A DNA stretch of 64,000 nucleotides from assembly GCF_900112675.1 (NCBI RefSeq), contig NZ_FOMQ01000007.1, forward strand, positions 162,750-226,749, written 5' to 3'. The notes beneath the pieces are model-generated. The model was given only the letters and a program-made list of their open reading frames with translations. It was not told the DNA's origin and ran no database searches. Positions 1-8,818 of this stretch are shown one piece after another; position 1 is the stretch's first letter, and every line of letters begins with the position of its first letter. A program made the translations under genes and the position numbers. The DNA is from Paracidovorax konjaci. Its GTDB lineage: Bacteria; Pseudomonadota; Gammaproteobacteria; Burkholderiales; Burkholderiaceae_C.

Positions 1-494
1 TACTGGCGCTTGTATTCCTTGCGCTGGTAGATGCCCTTGATGTCGAGCGCGGCGATCTTCTGCCCCAGCTCCCAGTCGAGCTGGCGCTTGATCCAGACGA
101 AGGTCTTGTCTTCGTCTGCCAAGCGCGACTGCAGCGCCGGCAGCGGCATCTCCAGCAGCTTGGCCAGCTCCTGCAGCTTGGCGCGCACTTCCGGCTTGTC
201 CTGCTCCACGTCCTCGGGAATGGCCCAGATGCTCGCGGCCGGCACGCTGGAGGCCAGGATCAGGCCATTGCGGTCCACGATGCGGCCGCGGTTGGCGGGC
301 AGTTCGAGCGTGCGGGCGAAACGCACTTCGCCCTGCCGCTGGAAGAACGCGTTGCCGAACACCTGCACATAGGCCGCGCGCCCCCCCAGGGCCAGGAAGC
401 CCAGCGCCACCATGGCGACGATGAACTTGCTGCGCCACACGGGCGTCTTGCTCGCGAGCAGCGGGCTGGAGGTGTAGAGGACGCTGCGGCTCAT
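1..494 (-). CDS. ftsI: Peptidoglycan D,D-transpeptidase FtsI (PBP3), N-terminal part; the gene runs off the window start
   Basis: Reverse-strand translation from ATG at 494 gives MSRSVLYTSS...IVDRNGLILASS...IKGIYQRKEYKRQY, typical of the PBP3 N-terminus. It lies directly downstream of ftsL in dcw-cluster order. The 3' part is outside the window. Confidence 0.8.
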   Translation of the reverse strand, partial: MSRSVLYTSSPLLASKTPVWRSKFIVAMVALGFLALGGRAAYVQVFGNAFFQRQGEVRFARTLELPANRGRIVDRNGLILASSVPAASIWAIPEDVEQDKPEVRAKLQELAKLLEMPLPALQSRLADEDKTFVWIKRQLDWELGQKIAALDIKGIYQRKEYKRQ

Positions 495-829
495 CGGCGC
501 GCTCCCGCAGAGGCGGCACTCACGGAGGCGCCCGCCATGGGCGCGGCAGCCGTCACGACGGGCGTGCCGTCGTCGGCCACGTACTGCGTGATCGCAGGCG
601 TGGCCGTGCGCATGTGCAGTCGGTCGCGCGCGAGCTTTTCCACGCGCAGCGGCGTGGCCTGGGCGCGCTTCTCCACCTGCAGGCGCTGGTGTTCCGTTTC
701 CAGCCGGCGGGACTCGGCGATGGCGCGGTCCAGCTCGGTGAAGAGGCGGCGCGACTCGTATTGCGTGTGCACGAGATAGAGCGCGCTGGCCAGCACGGCC
801 AGCAGCAGGACGAGGCTCAGCCGGGTCAT
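491..829 (-). CDS. ftsL: Cell division protein FtsL
   Basis: 112-aa ORF with an N-terminal transmembrane segment (LSLVLLLAVLASALYLV) and a coiled-coil region. It sits between rsmH and ftsI; its stop overlaps the ftsI start (ATGA). Confidence 0.75.
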   Translation of the reverse strand: MTRLSLVLLLAVLASALYLVHTQYESRRLFTELDRAIAESRRLETEHQRLQVEKRAQATPLRVEKLARDRLHMRTATPAITQYVADDGTPVVTAAAPMAGASVSAASAGARR

Positions 830-887
830 GGCAGCAGCCCCGCTGTCGCACGCCGCGCCGCCGGGCCCGCCCGGAAAAAGGCCGCGT

Positions 888-1826
888 TCATGCCGCCACC
901 TCGGTGCGTTCGGCCACGCGCATCACGGCACTGCGCGCACGCGGATTGGCCTCCACTTCGGCGGCGCCGGGCTTGATGCGCTCCAGGGCCCGCAAGCGCA
1001 TCGGCTGGGGCGCGGCGAACGGCGCTCGGCGGTCGTAGACCTCCTTGGAGTGCTGCGCGATGAATTGCTTGGCGATGCGGTCTTCCAGCGAATGGAAGCT
1101 GATGACCACCAGCCGCCCACCCGGGGCGAGCACGCGCAGGCTGGCTTCCAGCGCTACCTGCAGCTCTTCCAGTTCAGCGTTGATGAAAATCCGAAGAGCT
1201 TGAAAGGTCCGTGTCGCGGGGTTCTGGCCAGCCTCGCGGGTCTTGACCGCGCCAGCCACGAGCTGGGCCAGCTCGGCGGTGGTGCGGAGCGGGCCGCGTT
1301 CCGTGCGCCAAGCAACAATCGCCTTTGCAATGGGGCCAGCAAACCGTTCTTCACCGTATTCACGAATCACCTCCGCAATCTGCCCCACATCGGCCGAGGC
1401 CAGCCAGTCGGCCACGCTTTCGCCGCGCGTGGTGTCCATGCGCATGTCGAGGGGGCCGTCGAAACGGAAACTGAAGCCCCGCCCGGGGCTGTCGATCTGC
1501 GGCGAACTCACGCCCAGGTCCATCAGGATGCCGGCGGCGCTGGCGGCCGGCAGGTCGGCCACGTGGCGAAAGCCCTCGTGCCGAATGGAAAAGCGCGCAT
1601 CGGTGATGCGCGCTGCTTCCTGGATGGCCTCGGGGTCCTTGTCGAACGCCACGAGGCGGCCCTGCGGCCCCAGCCTCTCCAATATCCGCCGGGAATGACC
1701 GCCCCGGCCGAAGGTCGCATCGACCCAGGTGCCGGCCGGCGACGGGCCGGCGCCCCCCAGCAGGGCGTCGACCGCTTCGTCCAGGAGGACGGTGGTGTGC
1801 CGAAGCAGCGATGTGGTGTCTTCCAT
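888..1826 (-). CDS. rsmH: 16S rRNA (cytosine1402-N4)-methyltransferase RsmH (MraW)
   Basis: Protein [22 protein letters not shown]...[10 protein letters not shown]...[12 protein letters not shown] has the RsmH signature. The start was trimmed from the long ORF 888..2108 to the MEDTT methionine at 1826. Confidence 0.9.
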   Translation of the reverse strand: MEDTTSLLRHTTVLLDEAVDALLGGAGPSPAGTWVDATFGRGGHSRRILERLGPQGRLVAFDKDPEAIQEAARITDARFSIRHEGFRHVADLPAASAAGILMDLGVSSPQIDSPGRGFSFRFDGPLDMRMDTTRGESVADWLASADVGQIAEVIREYGEERFAGPIAKAIVAWRTERGPLRTTAELAQLVAGAVKTREAGQNPATRTFQALRIFINAELEELQVALEASLRVLAPGGRLVVISFHSLEDRIAKQFIAQHSKEVYDRRAPFAAPQPMRLRALERIKPGAAEVEANPRARSAVMRVAERTEVAA

Positions 1827-1831
1827 GGCCT

Positions 1832-2260
1832 TCAGAAAGAAAAGTCCTTGAAGGCTTCGGGCATCTCGCCCTGCATGGCCTGGGCTTCCTGGGCCTCGTA
1901 GGTGGCCTTGTCCCAGAGTTCGAAATGGTGGCCCATGCCCAGCAGCATGGTGTCCTTGGAGATGCCGGCGGCCTGGCGCAGCTCGGGTGCGACGAGCACG
2001 CGGCCCGTGCCGTCCATGTCGACGTCCTGGGCGTTGCCGAGGAAGATCCGCTTCCACCACTGGGCGGACATCGGCAGTTCGGCGATGCGCTCGCGGAACT
2101 TCTCCCATTCGGGGCGGGGAAAGACCATGAGACAGCCGTGCGGGTGTTTGGTGATGGTGAGCTGGCCGCCGGCCGTCGCGCTGAGGACGTCACGATGCCG
2201 GGTGGGCACCGAAAGCCTCCCCTTTGCATCCAGACTTAGCGATGACGCCCCTTGAAACAC
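1832..2260 (-). CDS. mraZ: Transcriptional regulator MraZ
   Basis: 142 aa, [24 protein letters not shown]... with the duplicated MraZ fold. It is the first gene of the dcw cluster. Confidence 0.9.
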   Translation of the reverse strand: MFQGASSLSLDAKGRLSVPTRHRDVLSATAGGQLTITKHPHGCLMVFPRPEWEKFRERIAELPMSAQWWKRIFLGNAQDVDMDGTGRVLVAPELRQAAGISKDTMLLGMGHHFELWDKATYEAQEAQAMQGEMPEAFKDFSF

Positions 2261-2326
2261 GGATCAGACCTTGACATGTTGTCGCCGCCAACGTCCGTGA
2301 AAACGGGGTTGGAAGGCACTTTTCAC

Positions 2327-2364
2327 CACTTAATTGCACTTTTTTGCACTGTATCAGGAAAAGC
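2327..2364 (-). promoter_or_regulatory. Candidate MraZ operator: four direct hexamer repeats at 10-bp periodicity upstream of mraZ
   Basis: The plus strand reads GGCACT-TTTC-ACCACT-TAAT-TGCACT-TTTT-TGCACT. On the coding (minus) strand this is AGTGCA-N4-AGTGCA-N4-AGTGGT-N4-AGTGCC, 65-100 bp upstream of the mraZ ATG. The architecture matches the MraZ-box arrays (direct repeats on one helix face) described in E. coli and Bacillus. Confidence 0.35.
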
Positions 2365-2714
2365 CCCGAGCACATGGACAGGTGCAACAAAGTTTTGCAA
2401 TGAAATCAAGGACTTAGCGCTGATTGCGCAGAGAGCAGTTTGGGGAATTTCCTTCCTGGATAAGCACTTAGCCAACCCTGTGCATGTGTTACCTGAAGGT
2501 GAGCGGCCAAATCGGAATCCGGACAGGCGCCGGCGCCGGGGGAGGATCGGCGGTGGGGCGCCCCGCCGGCCTCCGGACGTCCGGGCGGCGCAGCCCCTCT
2601 ACCGGCGATCCACGCGGCCGCAAACGGCACCGCCGCCTGGACGGTCCCGTCCGGCGGCGGCACAGAGCGGTCCGCGCCGGGGCGCCACCGCAAGTCGGGG
2701 GAAAAGAGCGCTTC

Positions 2715-4031
2715 TTACAGGATGTAGCGCGAAAGGTCTTCGTTCTGGCTGAGGCTCTCCAGGCGCCCGTCCACATACGCGGCATCGATGCGCACGGTCT
2801 GCCCGGCGAGCCGGGTGGCACCGAAGCTCACTTCGTCCAGCAGCCGCTCCATGACGGTCGAGAGGCGCCGCGCGCCGATGTTCTCGGTGCGCTCGTTGAC
2901 CTCGAAGGCGATGTGCGCAAGCCGCGTGATGCCTTCGGGCACGAACTCCAGCGTCACCCCCTCGGTGGCCAGCAGCGCCTGGTACTGCTTCACGAGCGAG
3001 GCGTGCGTCTGGGTGAGGATGGCCTCGAAGTCGCCCACGGACAGCGATTCGAGTTCGACGCGGATGGGAAAGCGCCCCTGCAGTTCGGGGATCAGGTCGC
3101 TGGGCTTGGCGAGGTGGAAGGCGCCGGACGCGATGAAGAGGATGTGGTCGGTCTTCACCATGCCGTACTTGGTGCTGACCGTGGTGCCTTCCACCAGCGG
3201 CAGCAGGTCGCGCTGCACACCCTGGCGGGACACGTCGGAGCCGCTCGCCTCCTGCCGCGTGGCCACCTTGTCGATCTCGTCGATGAAGACGATGCCGTTC
3301 TGCTCGGCGTTCTGCACGGCCCGGGTCTTGATGTCCTCTTCGTTCACCAGCTTGCCGGCCTCCTCGTCGGTGATCAGCTTGAGGGCCTCGGCGATGCGGA
3401 GCTTGCGCGTCTTGCGCCGCTCCTGGCCCATCTGGCTGAACATGCCGCGCAGTTGATCGGCCATTTCCTCCATGCCCTGCGGGCCCATGATTTCCAGCTG
3501 CGGGCGCGCGTCGGCCACGTCGATCTCGATCTCCTTGTCGTCCAGCAGGCCTTCGCGCAGCTTCTTGCGGAACACCTGGCGCGCCGTGCTGTCCGCGGGC
3601 GCCTCGCCGGTGCGCGCGGGCGGAATGAGCACATCGAGGATGCGGTCCTCGGCGGCGTCTTCAGCGCGGGTGCGCACCTTCCTGGTGTCGGCCTCGCGCG
3701 TCTGCTTCACGGCCACCTCGATCAGGTCGCGGATGATCGAATCGACGTCCTTGCCCACATAGCCCACCTCGGTGAACTTGGTGGCCTCGACCTTGATGAA
3801 AGGCGCATCCGCCAGCCGCGCGAGGCGCCGTGCGATCTCGGTCTTGCCCACGCCCGTGGGGCCGATCATGAGGATGTTCTTGGGCGTGATCTCCTGGCGC
3901 AGGCCGGCATCGACCTGCTGGCGGCGCCAGCGGTTGCGCAATGCGATGGCAACGGCGCGCTTGGCACCGGCCTGGCCGACGATGTGGCGGTCCAGTTCGG
4001 AGACGATTTCCTGGGGGGTCATGGAAGACAT
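2715..4031 (-). CDS. hslU: ATP-dependent protease ATPase subunit HslU
   Basis: [37 protein letters not shown]... closely matches the E. coli HslU N-terminus, with Walker [16 protein letters not shown]. Start set at 4031 (the ORF track extends to 4109). Confidence 0.92.
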   Translation of the reverse strand: MSSMTPQEIVSELDRHIVGQAGAKRAVAIALRNRWRRQQVDAGLRQEITPKNILMIGPTGVGKTEIARRLARLADAPFIKVEATKFTEVGYVGKDVDSIIRDLIEVAVKQTREADTRKVRTRAEDAAEDRILDVLIPPARTGEAPADSTARQVFRKKLREGLLDDKEIEIDVADARPQLEIMGPQGMEEMADQLRGMFSQMGQERRKTRKLRIAEALKLITDEEAGKLVNEEDIKTRAVQNAEQNGIVFIDEIDKVATRQEASGSDVSRQGVQRDLLPLVEGTTVSTKYGMVKTDHILFIASGAFHLAKPSDLIPELQGRFPIRVELESLSVGDFEAILTQTHASLVKQYQALLATEGVTLEFVPEGITRLAHIAFEVNERTENIGARRLSTVMERLLDEVSFGATRLAGQTVRIDAAYVDGRLESLSQNEDLSRYIL

Positions 4032-4042
4032 GGTGGACACTG

Positions 4043-4106
4043 GAAGCAAAAGGGGCCGTATGCCGGCGGATTCATTGAATACTTTGCTATTGATAACATA
4101 GCAAAG
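4043..4106 (-). repeat. 65-bp repeat element copy A (reverse orientation) in the hslV–hslU spacer
   Basis: The reverse complement reads TTTGCTATGTTATCAATAGCAAAGTATTCAATGAATCCGCCGGCATACGGCCCCTTTTTGCTTC, the same module order as copies at 8716, 13940, 34796 and 40632. Confidence 0.8.
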
Positions 4107-4127
4107 CACGGCAGGGGCGGACGGCGG

Positions 4128-4676
4128 TCAGAGCGTCTCGACGGTGTGGTGCATGTTGGTGTAGATGCACAGCTCGCCCGCAATGGCCAGCGACTTGCGC
4201 ACGATCTCCTCGGCCGGCAGCTCGGTGTGGTTCAGCAGCGCCTTGGCGGCCGAATGCGCATAGGCACCGCCCGAACCGATGGCCACGATGCCCTGCTCGG
4301 GCTCCAGCACGTCGCCGTTGCCCGTGATGATCAGCGAGGCGCTGGTGTCGGCCACGGCCAGCATGGCCTCCAGGCGGCGCAGCACCCGGTCGGTACGCCA
4401 GTCCTTGGTGAGCTCGATGGCGGCGCGGGTCAGGTGGCCTCCGTGCTTTTCGAGCTTGGCCTCGAAGCGCTCGAACAGCGTGAACGCATCGGCCGTGGCG
4501 CCCGCGAAGCCCGCGAGCACCTTGCCGTGGTGGAGCTTGCGCACCTTGCGCGCCGAGCCCTTGACGACGATGTTGCCGAGGGTGACCTGCCCGTCGCCGC
4601 CGATGGCGACCTGGATGGTGCCGTCCGCGGCCTGCCGGCGGACGCTGAGGATGGTGGTGCCGTGAAACTGTTCCAT
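4128..4676 (-). CDS. hslV: ATP-dependent protease subunit HslV
   Basis: [14 protein letters not shown]...[22 protein letters not shown] is the canonical HslV N-terminus (Thr active site after Met removal). Start trimmed to 4676. Confidence 0.9.
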   Translation of the reverse strand: MEQFHGTTILSVRRQAADGTIQVAIGGDGQVTLGNIVVKGSARKVRKLHHGKVLAGFAGATADAFTLFERFEAKLEKHGGHLTRAAIELTKDWRTDRVLRRLEAMLAVADTSASLIITGNGDVLEPEQGIVAIGSGGAYAHSAAKALLNHTELPAEEIVRKSLAIAGELCIYTNMHHTVETL

Positions 4677-4775
4677 AGCGTCCGGACTTGGGGGTGGACG
4701 CCGGGATTGCAACAGGGCGGCGGAGCACCGTACCCGCCAGGGACGCCGCCCTGCCGGAACGGCCGGAACGCCGGT

Positions 4776-6569
4776 TCAGTTCTTGCGCGGAACGATGCGC
4801 GCGTGCTCGTTGACGCCGATCACGTTGAAGAACACCGCCACCAGGCGCTGCACCTGCGTGAAATGCACCACGTTGCCCAGGGCCTGCTGCGCGGCAGCCC
4901 AGTTCAGCACCGAGCCGGCGGCCGCGAAATCGACGCGCGCCAGCCGGTCGCAGCCAATGGCGAAAGGCACGCCGCTGCGCAGGTGCGCCTCCAGGGGCTC
5001 CAGCATGGGCGTGGCGTCTCCCTCGATGTGCCCGGACAGCAGCGCGGCCGGCACGGCGGGCTCCAGGCCGCCCGACTGCGAGGCCGGATCGCCGAAGCCC
5101 GAGACGAAGGAATCGACCTCGAAGCCGGGCGCCGCGGCGGCGGCTTCGGGCACACCGCCCCCGTCATCCGAGTAGCTGCACCGCGGAGGCGCCCAGGACG
5201 GCGGCGACACCTCGTAGGTGACGCAGTAGTCCAGCGCGACCAGTTCGAATTCGTCGGGCTTGCCCATGAGCCGCAGCGCCGCCATGCGCAGGCGCCACCA
5301 TTCGGGCGAGATGTCCCGGTCGCCCGACGGGGTGCGCGCCTCCAGCAGGCTCACGAGCGCATCCACGCCCTTGAACACGATGGTGTCGGTGCGGTCCGCC
5401 CATTGGCCGAAAAGCTGCGCCAGGCCCGGCACGGCCGGCTCCTCGATGGTCATGAGGCGCGCCCAGGCGAAGGTCCAGGGCGGGGCGGAACGCGCGATGG
5501 CCGCCTGCAGCGCCGCCACCGACTGGGTGGCGAGCACGGACGGCGCGTTCCACAGGAATTCGCGCTGCGGTGCGGCCAGCGCGGCGGCGCTCGCTGCGGC
5601 CGGCACCTGCAGGCCGAGCAGTTCGGGCATGGAGAACCACAGTGGGGCCGAGCGGCCGAACCGCGCCGCGAAATCGATCGCGAGCGCGTCGAAGCGCTCG
5701 TGCTCCCCGATGGCGCGGTAGAGGTCGAACAGCGCCATCCAGAACTCGGCCTGGCGCTCCAGGTCGTCGCCCTCGTGCTGGGAGAGCACTTCGAGCAGGC
5801 CCGATTCAGCCCCGGCATAGTCGCCGTTCGCGAAGCGGATGGCGGCCTCTTCCAGGTCGGGCTCGTGGACGAAGGGCGGCGGCTCGGGTGCCACGAACAC
5901 GGGAGGGACCGGGTCGGCGCGCTCGGTGAGCATCGGCGGCACGAGCGGCCGGGCGCCCTCGGGCTGGCCGGCGCCGGGCAGCGGCAGGGGCACCGTGGCG
6001 GCCGCGAAGTCCGCGGCCGGCGGCAGGCTGTCGCCGGAGAAAAGGGGGTGGACGCCCGCGCCGGCCGCCAGCCCCGCCGGCAGGCTGGCCGGCGCGGTGG
6101 GGGCGAACGCGCGCGCATGCGCGTCGGTGGTGGAATCGGGGGCGCCGAGCGATGCCGGCTCGGTGGGCGCCAGCGCGCCGGGCGCCGTGGCGCCGGTGGC
6201 GGGCTGCTTGCTCTTCCACCACTGCTGGGACATCTGCGCCTCGATCTCGTCGATCTTCTTGAGCGTGACCGCCCGGTCGTCCGGGGAGGTCATGCTGGTA
6301 TGGAAGAACGAGGGGCGCGCGGTCTGGTCGTCCGAGCGCTGGCCGTGCAGCGCCTCGCGCTGGCGCAGCTTGCGCAACTGATCGAATTCGCGGCGCCGCA
6401 CGAAATCGTTGCGGCGCTTGCGCTCGATCATCTCCTTGAGCATCTGCTTGCTGTACTGGCTCTCGCGGTCCTCGTTGATCGAGTCGAGTTCGTTCCAGTT
6501 GACGGTGGGGTTGCGCACGAAGCGCACCACCTTGGACAGCAGGCCGCGGGAGGATTCTTCCTTGCTCAT
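4776..6569 (-). CDS. Hypothetical protein (597 aa) with a C-terminal STAS-like domain
   Basis: Long ORF with a charged N-terminus, a Pro/Ala-rich low-complexity linker, a helical-repeat-like middle, and a C-terminal segment (...PFAIGCDRLARVDFAAAGSVLNWAAAQQALGNVVHFTQVQRL...) that resembles STAS/anti-sigma-antagonist folds. No confident family assignment by eye. Confidence 0.55.
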   Translation of the reverse strand: MSKEESSRGLLSKVVRFVRNPTVNWNELDSINEDRESQYSKQMLKEMIERKRRNDFVRRREFDQLRKLRQREALHGQRSDDQTARPSFFHTSMTSPDDRAVTLKKIDEIEAQMSQQWWKSKQPATGATAPGALAPTEPASLGAPDSTTDAHARAFAPTAPASLPAGLAAGAGVHPLFSGDSLPPAADFAAATVPLPLPGAGQPEGARPLVPPMLTERADPVPPVFVAPEPPPFVHEPDLEEAAIRFANGDYAGAESGLLEVLSQHEGDDLERQAEFWMALFDLYRAIGEHERFDALAIDFAARFGRSAPLWFSMPELLGLQVPAAASAAALAAPQREFLWNAPSVLATQSVAALQAAIARSAPPWTFAWARLMTIEEPAVPGLAQLFGQWADRTDTIVFKGVDALVSLLEARTPSGDRDISPEWWRLRMAALRLMGKPDEFELVALDYCVTYEVSPPSWAPPRCSYSDDGGGVPEAAAAAPGFEVDSFVSGFGDPASQSGGLEPAVPAALLSGHIEGDATPMLEPLEAHLRSGVPFAIGCDRLARVDFAAAGSVLNWAAAQQALGNVVHFTQVQRLVAVFFNVIGVNEHARIVPRKN

Positions 6570-6674
6570 GGGTCGTCGTGGCTCAGGGGCAGGCGCCGCG
6601 GCGCATGGGTCGGAGGAAAGGGACGGACGGGCGGGAAGCGATGCCGTGCGGAGCGGGCGGCAGGCGGGGGCCTG

Positions 6675-7172
6675 TCAGTCCCCGAACATCTTCTGCTTCA
6701 GCTCGCGGCGCTGCTGTGCCTCCAGGGACAGGGTGGCCGTGGGGCGGGCCAGCAGGCGGCCCACGCCGATGGGTTCGCCGGTTTCGTCGCAGTAGCCGTA
6801 GTCGCCCGCATCGATGCGGCCGATGGACTGCTCGATCTTCTTGAGCAGCTTGCGCTCGCGGTCGCGGGTGCGCAGCTCCAGGGCGTGCTCTTCCTCGATG
6901 GTGGCGCGGTCGGCGGGATCGGGCACCACGACGGTGTCCTCACGCAGGTGCTCGGTGGTCTCGCCGGCGTTGTTGTGCATGTCCTGCTTGAGCATGACGA
7001 GCTTGTGCCGGAAGAAGGCCAGCTGCTTCTCGTTCATGTATTCGCTGTCGGGCATGGAAAGCACTTCGGCGTCGGAGAGTTCCTCCGCCGACTTGGTCTT
7101 CCAGTTGTTGGCCAGCTTCGGGTCTTTCTTGGCGGCCGCGACGGGCGATTGCGCTTGCAGGGTCGTAGGCAT
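6675..7172 (-). CDS. dksA: DksA/TraR family RNA polymerase-binding regulator that lacks the canonical Cys4 zinc finger (DksA2-like)
   Basis: 165 aa with a coiled-coil and the DksA C-terminal region ...DAGDYGYCDETGEPIGVGRLLARPTATLSLEAQ.... Only one of the four canonical cysteines is present: the first CxxC is C-D-E-T and the second is replaced by T-L-S. Confidence 0.85.
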   Translation of the reverse strand: MPTTLQAQSPVAAAKKDPKLANNWKTKSAEELSDAEVLSMPDSEYMNEKQLAFFRHKLVMLKQDMHNNAGETTEHLREDTVVVPDPADRATIEEEHALELRTRDRERKLLKKIEQSIGRIDAGDYGYCDETGEPIGVGRLLARPTATLSLEAQQRRELKQKMFGD

Positions 7173-7477
7173 GATGTGTATTGGCTGGCTGTGCCGGCGA
7201 GGGTGGCCGGCTGTGGTGCCGTGGATGGTACGGTCAATTGCTCCAAACGGGAAGAAGGCCGACTCCTATGCCCTCCCCCTTTTTCGCAGAGCGGGTTCGC
7301 AGGCGCGGAGTACCGCATTCCGCCCGGGCATCCGGCGGTCCGGGAAACGGACGGGGTGGCTTCTCTCCCCCGGTTTTTGCCGGGGCGCGATTGTATACAT
7401 CCACCCCCGCTGCGCGCGGCCGTCCCGATAGAAGTAGTGGTTATCCTACAAGCCCGGTCCGGCCACCGCCGCAGCCC

Positions 7478-8572
7478 TCAGGCCAGGCACTGTTCCAGCC
7501 CCTGCTGGAAGATGTCCTGCGGCAGGTCGATGCCGATGAAGACCATCTTGCTCTGGCGGCGCTCGCCCTCGGCCCACTGCGGGCCCAGGTCGCTGCCCAT
7601 GAGCTGGTGCACGCCCTGGAAGATCACCTTGCGCTCGGTGCCCTGCATGTTCAGCACGCCCTTGTAGCGCAGCATGCGGGGGCCGTAGATGTTGACGATG
7701 GCGCCCAGGAAATCCTCCAGCTTGGCGGGATCGAACGGGCGGTCGGCGCGGTAGACGAAGCTCTTTACATCGTCGTCGTGGTGATGGTGGTGGCCGTGGC
7801 TGCCGTGCTGGTGCGAAGGATGGCTGCACTGCTCGCCGTGCGCATGGTCGTGGTCGTGGTCATGGCCGTGCGCATGGTCACCATGGTCATGGTCATGGTC
7901 ATGGTGGCCGCCCTCTTCCTTGAGGAAGTCGGGATCGATGTCGAGCTTGGCGTTCAGGTTGAAGCCCCGCAGGTCCAGCACCTCGGAGATCGGCACTTCG
8001 CCGAAGTGCACGGCCTTCATCGGCGCGCGCGGGTTCATGTGCTTGAGGCGGTGGATCAGCGCGTCGGTCTCCTGCGCGGTCACCAGGTCGGTCTTGGACA
8101 GGAAGATCTGGTCCGCGAAGCCCACCTGGCGGCGCGCTTCCTGGCGGTCGTTCAGCTGCTGCGCCGCGTGCTTGGCGTCCACGAGCGTGATGATGGAGTC
8201 GATGAGGTAGGTCTCGGCGATCTCCTCGTCCATGAAGAAGGTCTGCGCGACCGGGCCCGGATCGGCCAGGCCCGTGGTCTCGATGACGATGCGGTCGAAC
8301 TCCAGCAGGCCCTTGCGGCGCTTGGCGGCCAGCAGCTGCAGGGTCTCGCGCAGGTCTTCGCGGATGGTGCAGCAGATGCAGCCGTTGCTCATCTGGACGA
8401 TCTGCTCCTTGGAATCGGTCACCAGGATGTCGTTGTCGATATTCTCTTCGCCGAATTCGTTCTCGATGACGGCGATCTTCTGGCCGTGCGCCTCGGTGAG
8501 CACGCGCTTGAGCAGCGTGGTCTTGCCCGAGCCCAGGAAGCCCGTGAGGATGGTGGTGGGAATGAGGGACAT
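7478..8572 (-). CDS. COG0523-family metal-chaperone GTPase (CobW/YjiA/ZigA-like) with a His-rich insert
   Basis: Walker A GFLGSGKTT, the COG0523 signature GCICCT, and a His/Asp-rich stretch HHDHDHDHGDHAHGHDHDHDHAHGEQCSHPSHQHGSHGHHHHH. Confidence 0.85.
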   Translation of the reverse strand: MSLIPTTILTGFLGSGKTTLLKRVLTEAHGQKIAVIENEFGEENIDNDILVTDSKEQIVQMSNGCICCTIREDLRETLQLLAAKRRKGLLEFDRIVIETTGLADPGPVAQTFFMDEEIAETYLIDSIITLVDAKHAAQQLNDRQEARRQVGFADQIFLSKTDLVTAQETDALIHRLKHMNPRAPMKAVHFGEVPISEVLDLRGFNLNAKLDIDPDFLKEEGGHHDHDHDHGDHAHGHDHDHDHAHGEQCSHPSHQHGSHGHHHHHDDDVKSFVYRADRPFDPAKLEDFLGAIVNIYGPRMLRYKGVLNMQGTERKVIFQGVHQLMGSDLGPQWAEGERRQSKMVFIGIDLPQDIFQQGLEQCLA

Positions 8573-8715
8573 GGGGGTCTTTCAGGAAGGAAACATCGCC
8601 GCGGCGCGGGACCGGAGAGCGGCGCGGGCCGGGCTCCGGGGAGGTCTCTTCAAAGTTTAGCGATCGTGTCAAGCCCCGCGCCGGGTGCGGAATTCGGGCG
8701 CCCGGCGGGTTTTGG

Positions 8716-8780
8716 TTTGCTATTAAATATATAGCAAACTATTGAATGGATACGGCGGCATGGAGCATATTTCATGCAGC
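8716..8780 (+). repeat. 65-bp repeat element copy B (forward orientation) between rlmI and the COG0523 gene
   Basis: TTTGCTATTAAATATATAGCAAACTATTGAATGGATACGGCGGCATGGAGCATATTTCATGCAGC. The left module is a perfect 8-bp inverted repeat, TTTGCTAT-N7-ATAGCAAA. Confidence 0.8.
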
Positions 8781-8818
8781 ACATCACTTCCAGCCCCGGC
8801 GTGGCCCGCCGGGGCGCC

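Noticed and set aside
2484-7667. A 1727-codon stop-free reading frame on the plus strand, antisense to hslU, hslV, the STAS hypothetical and dksA. There are many similar long antisense ORFs, e.g. 8774-10063, 10000-11766, 19735-22389, 22612-25167, 31350-33539 and 51202-54762.
   Set aside because: Their translations are low-complexity Ala/Arg/Gly/Pro-rich strings with no recognisable motifs, and they lie opposite well-supported genes. In a 68% GC genome, stop codons are rare in frames antisense to GC3-rich genes, so these are compositional artefacts.
8716-8780. Interpretation of the TTTGCTAT-N7-ATAGCAAA palindrome upstream of the COG0523 gene as a Zur box.
   Set aside because: The same palindrome occurs within four other copies of a dispersed repeat in unrelated contexts, including inside dapF, and its half-site spacing differs from known Zur boxes (TGTTAT-N3-ATAACA-like). 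It is retained only as an open question under the COG0523/DksA finding.
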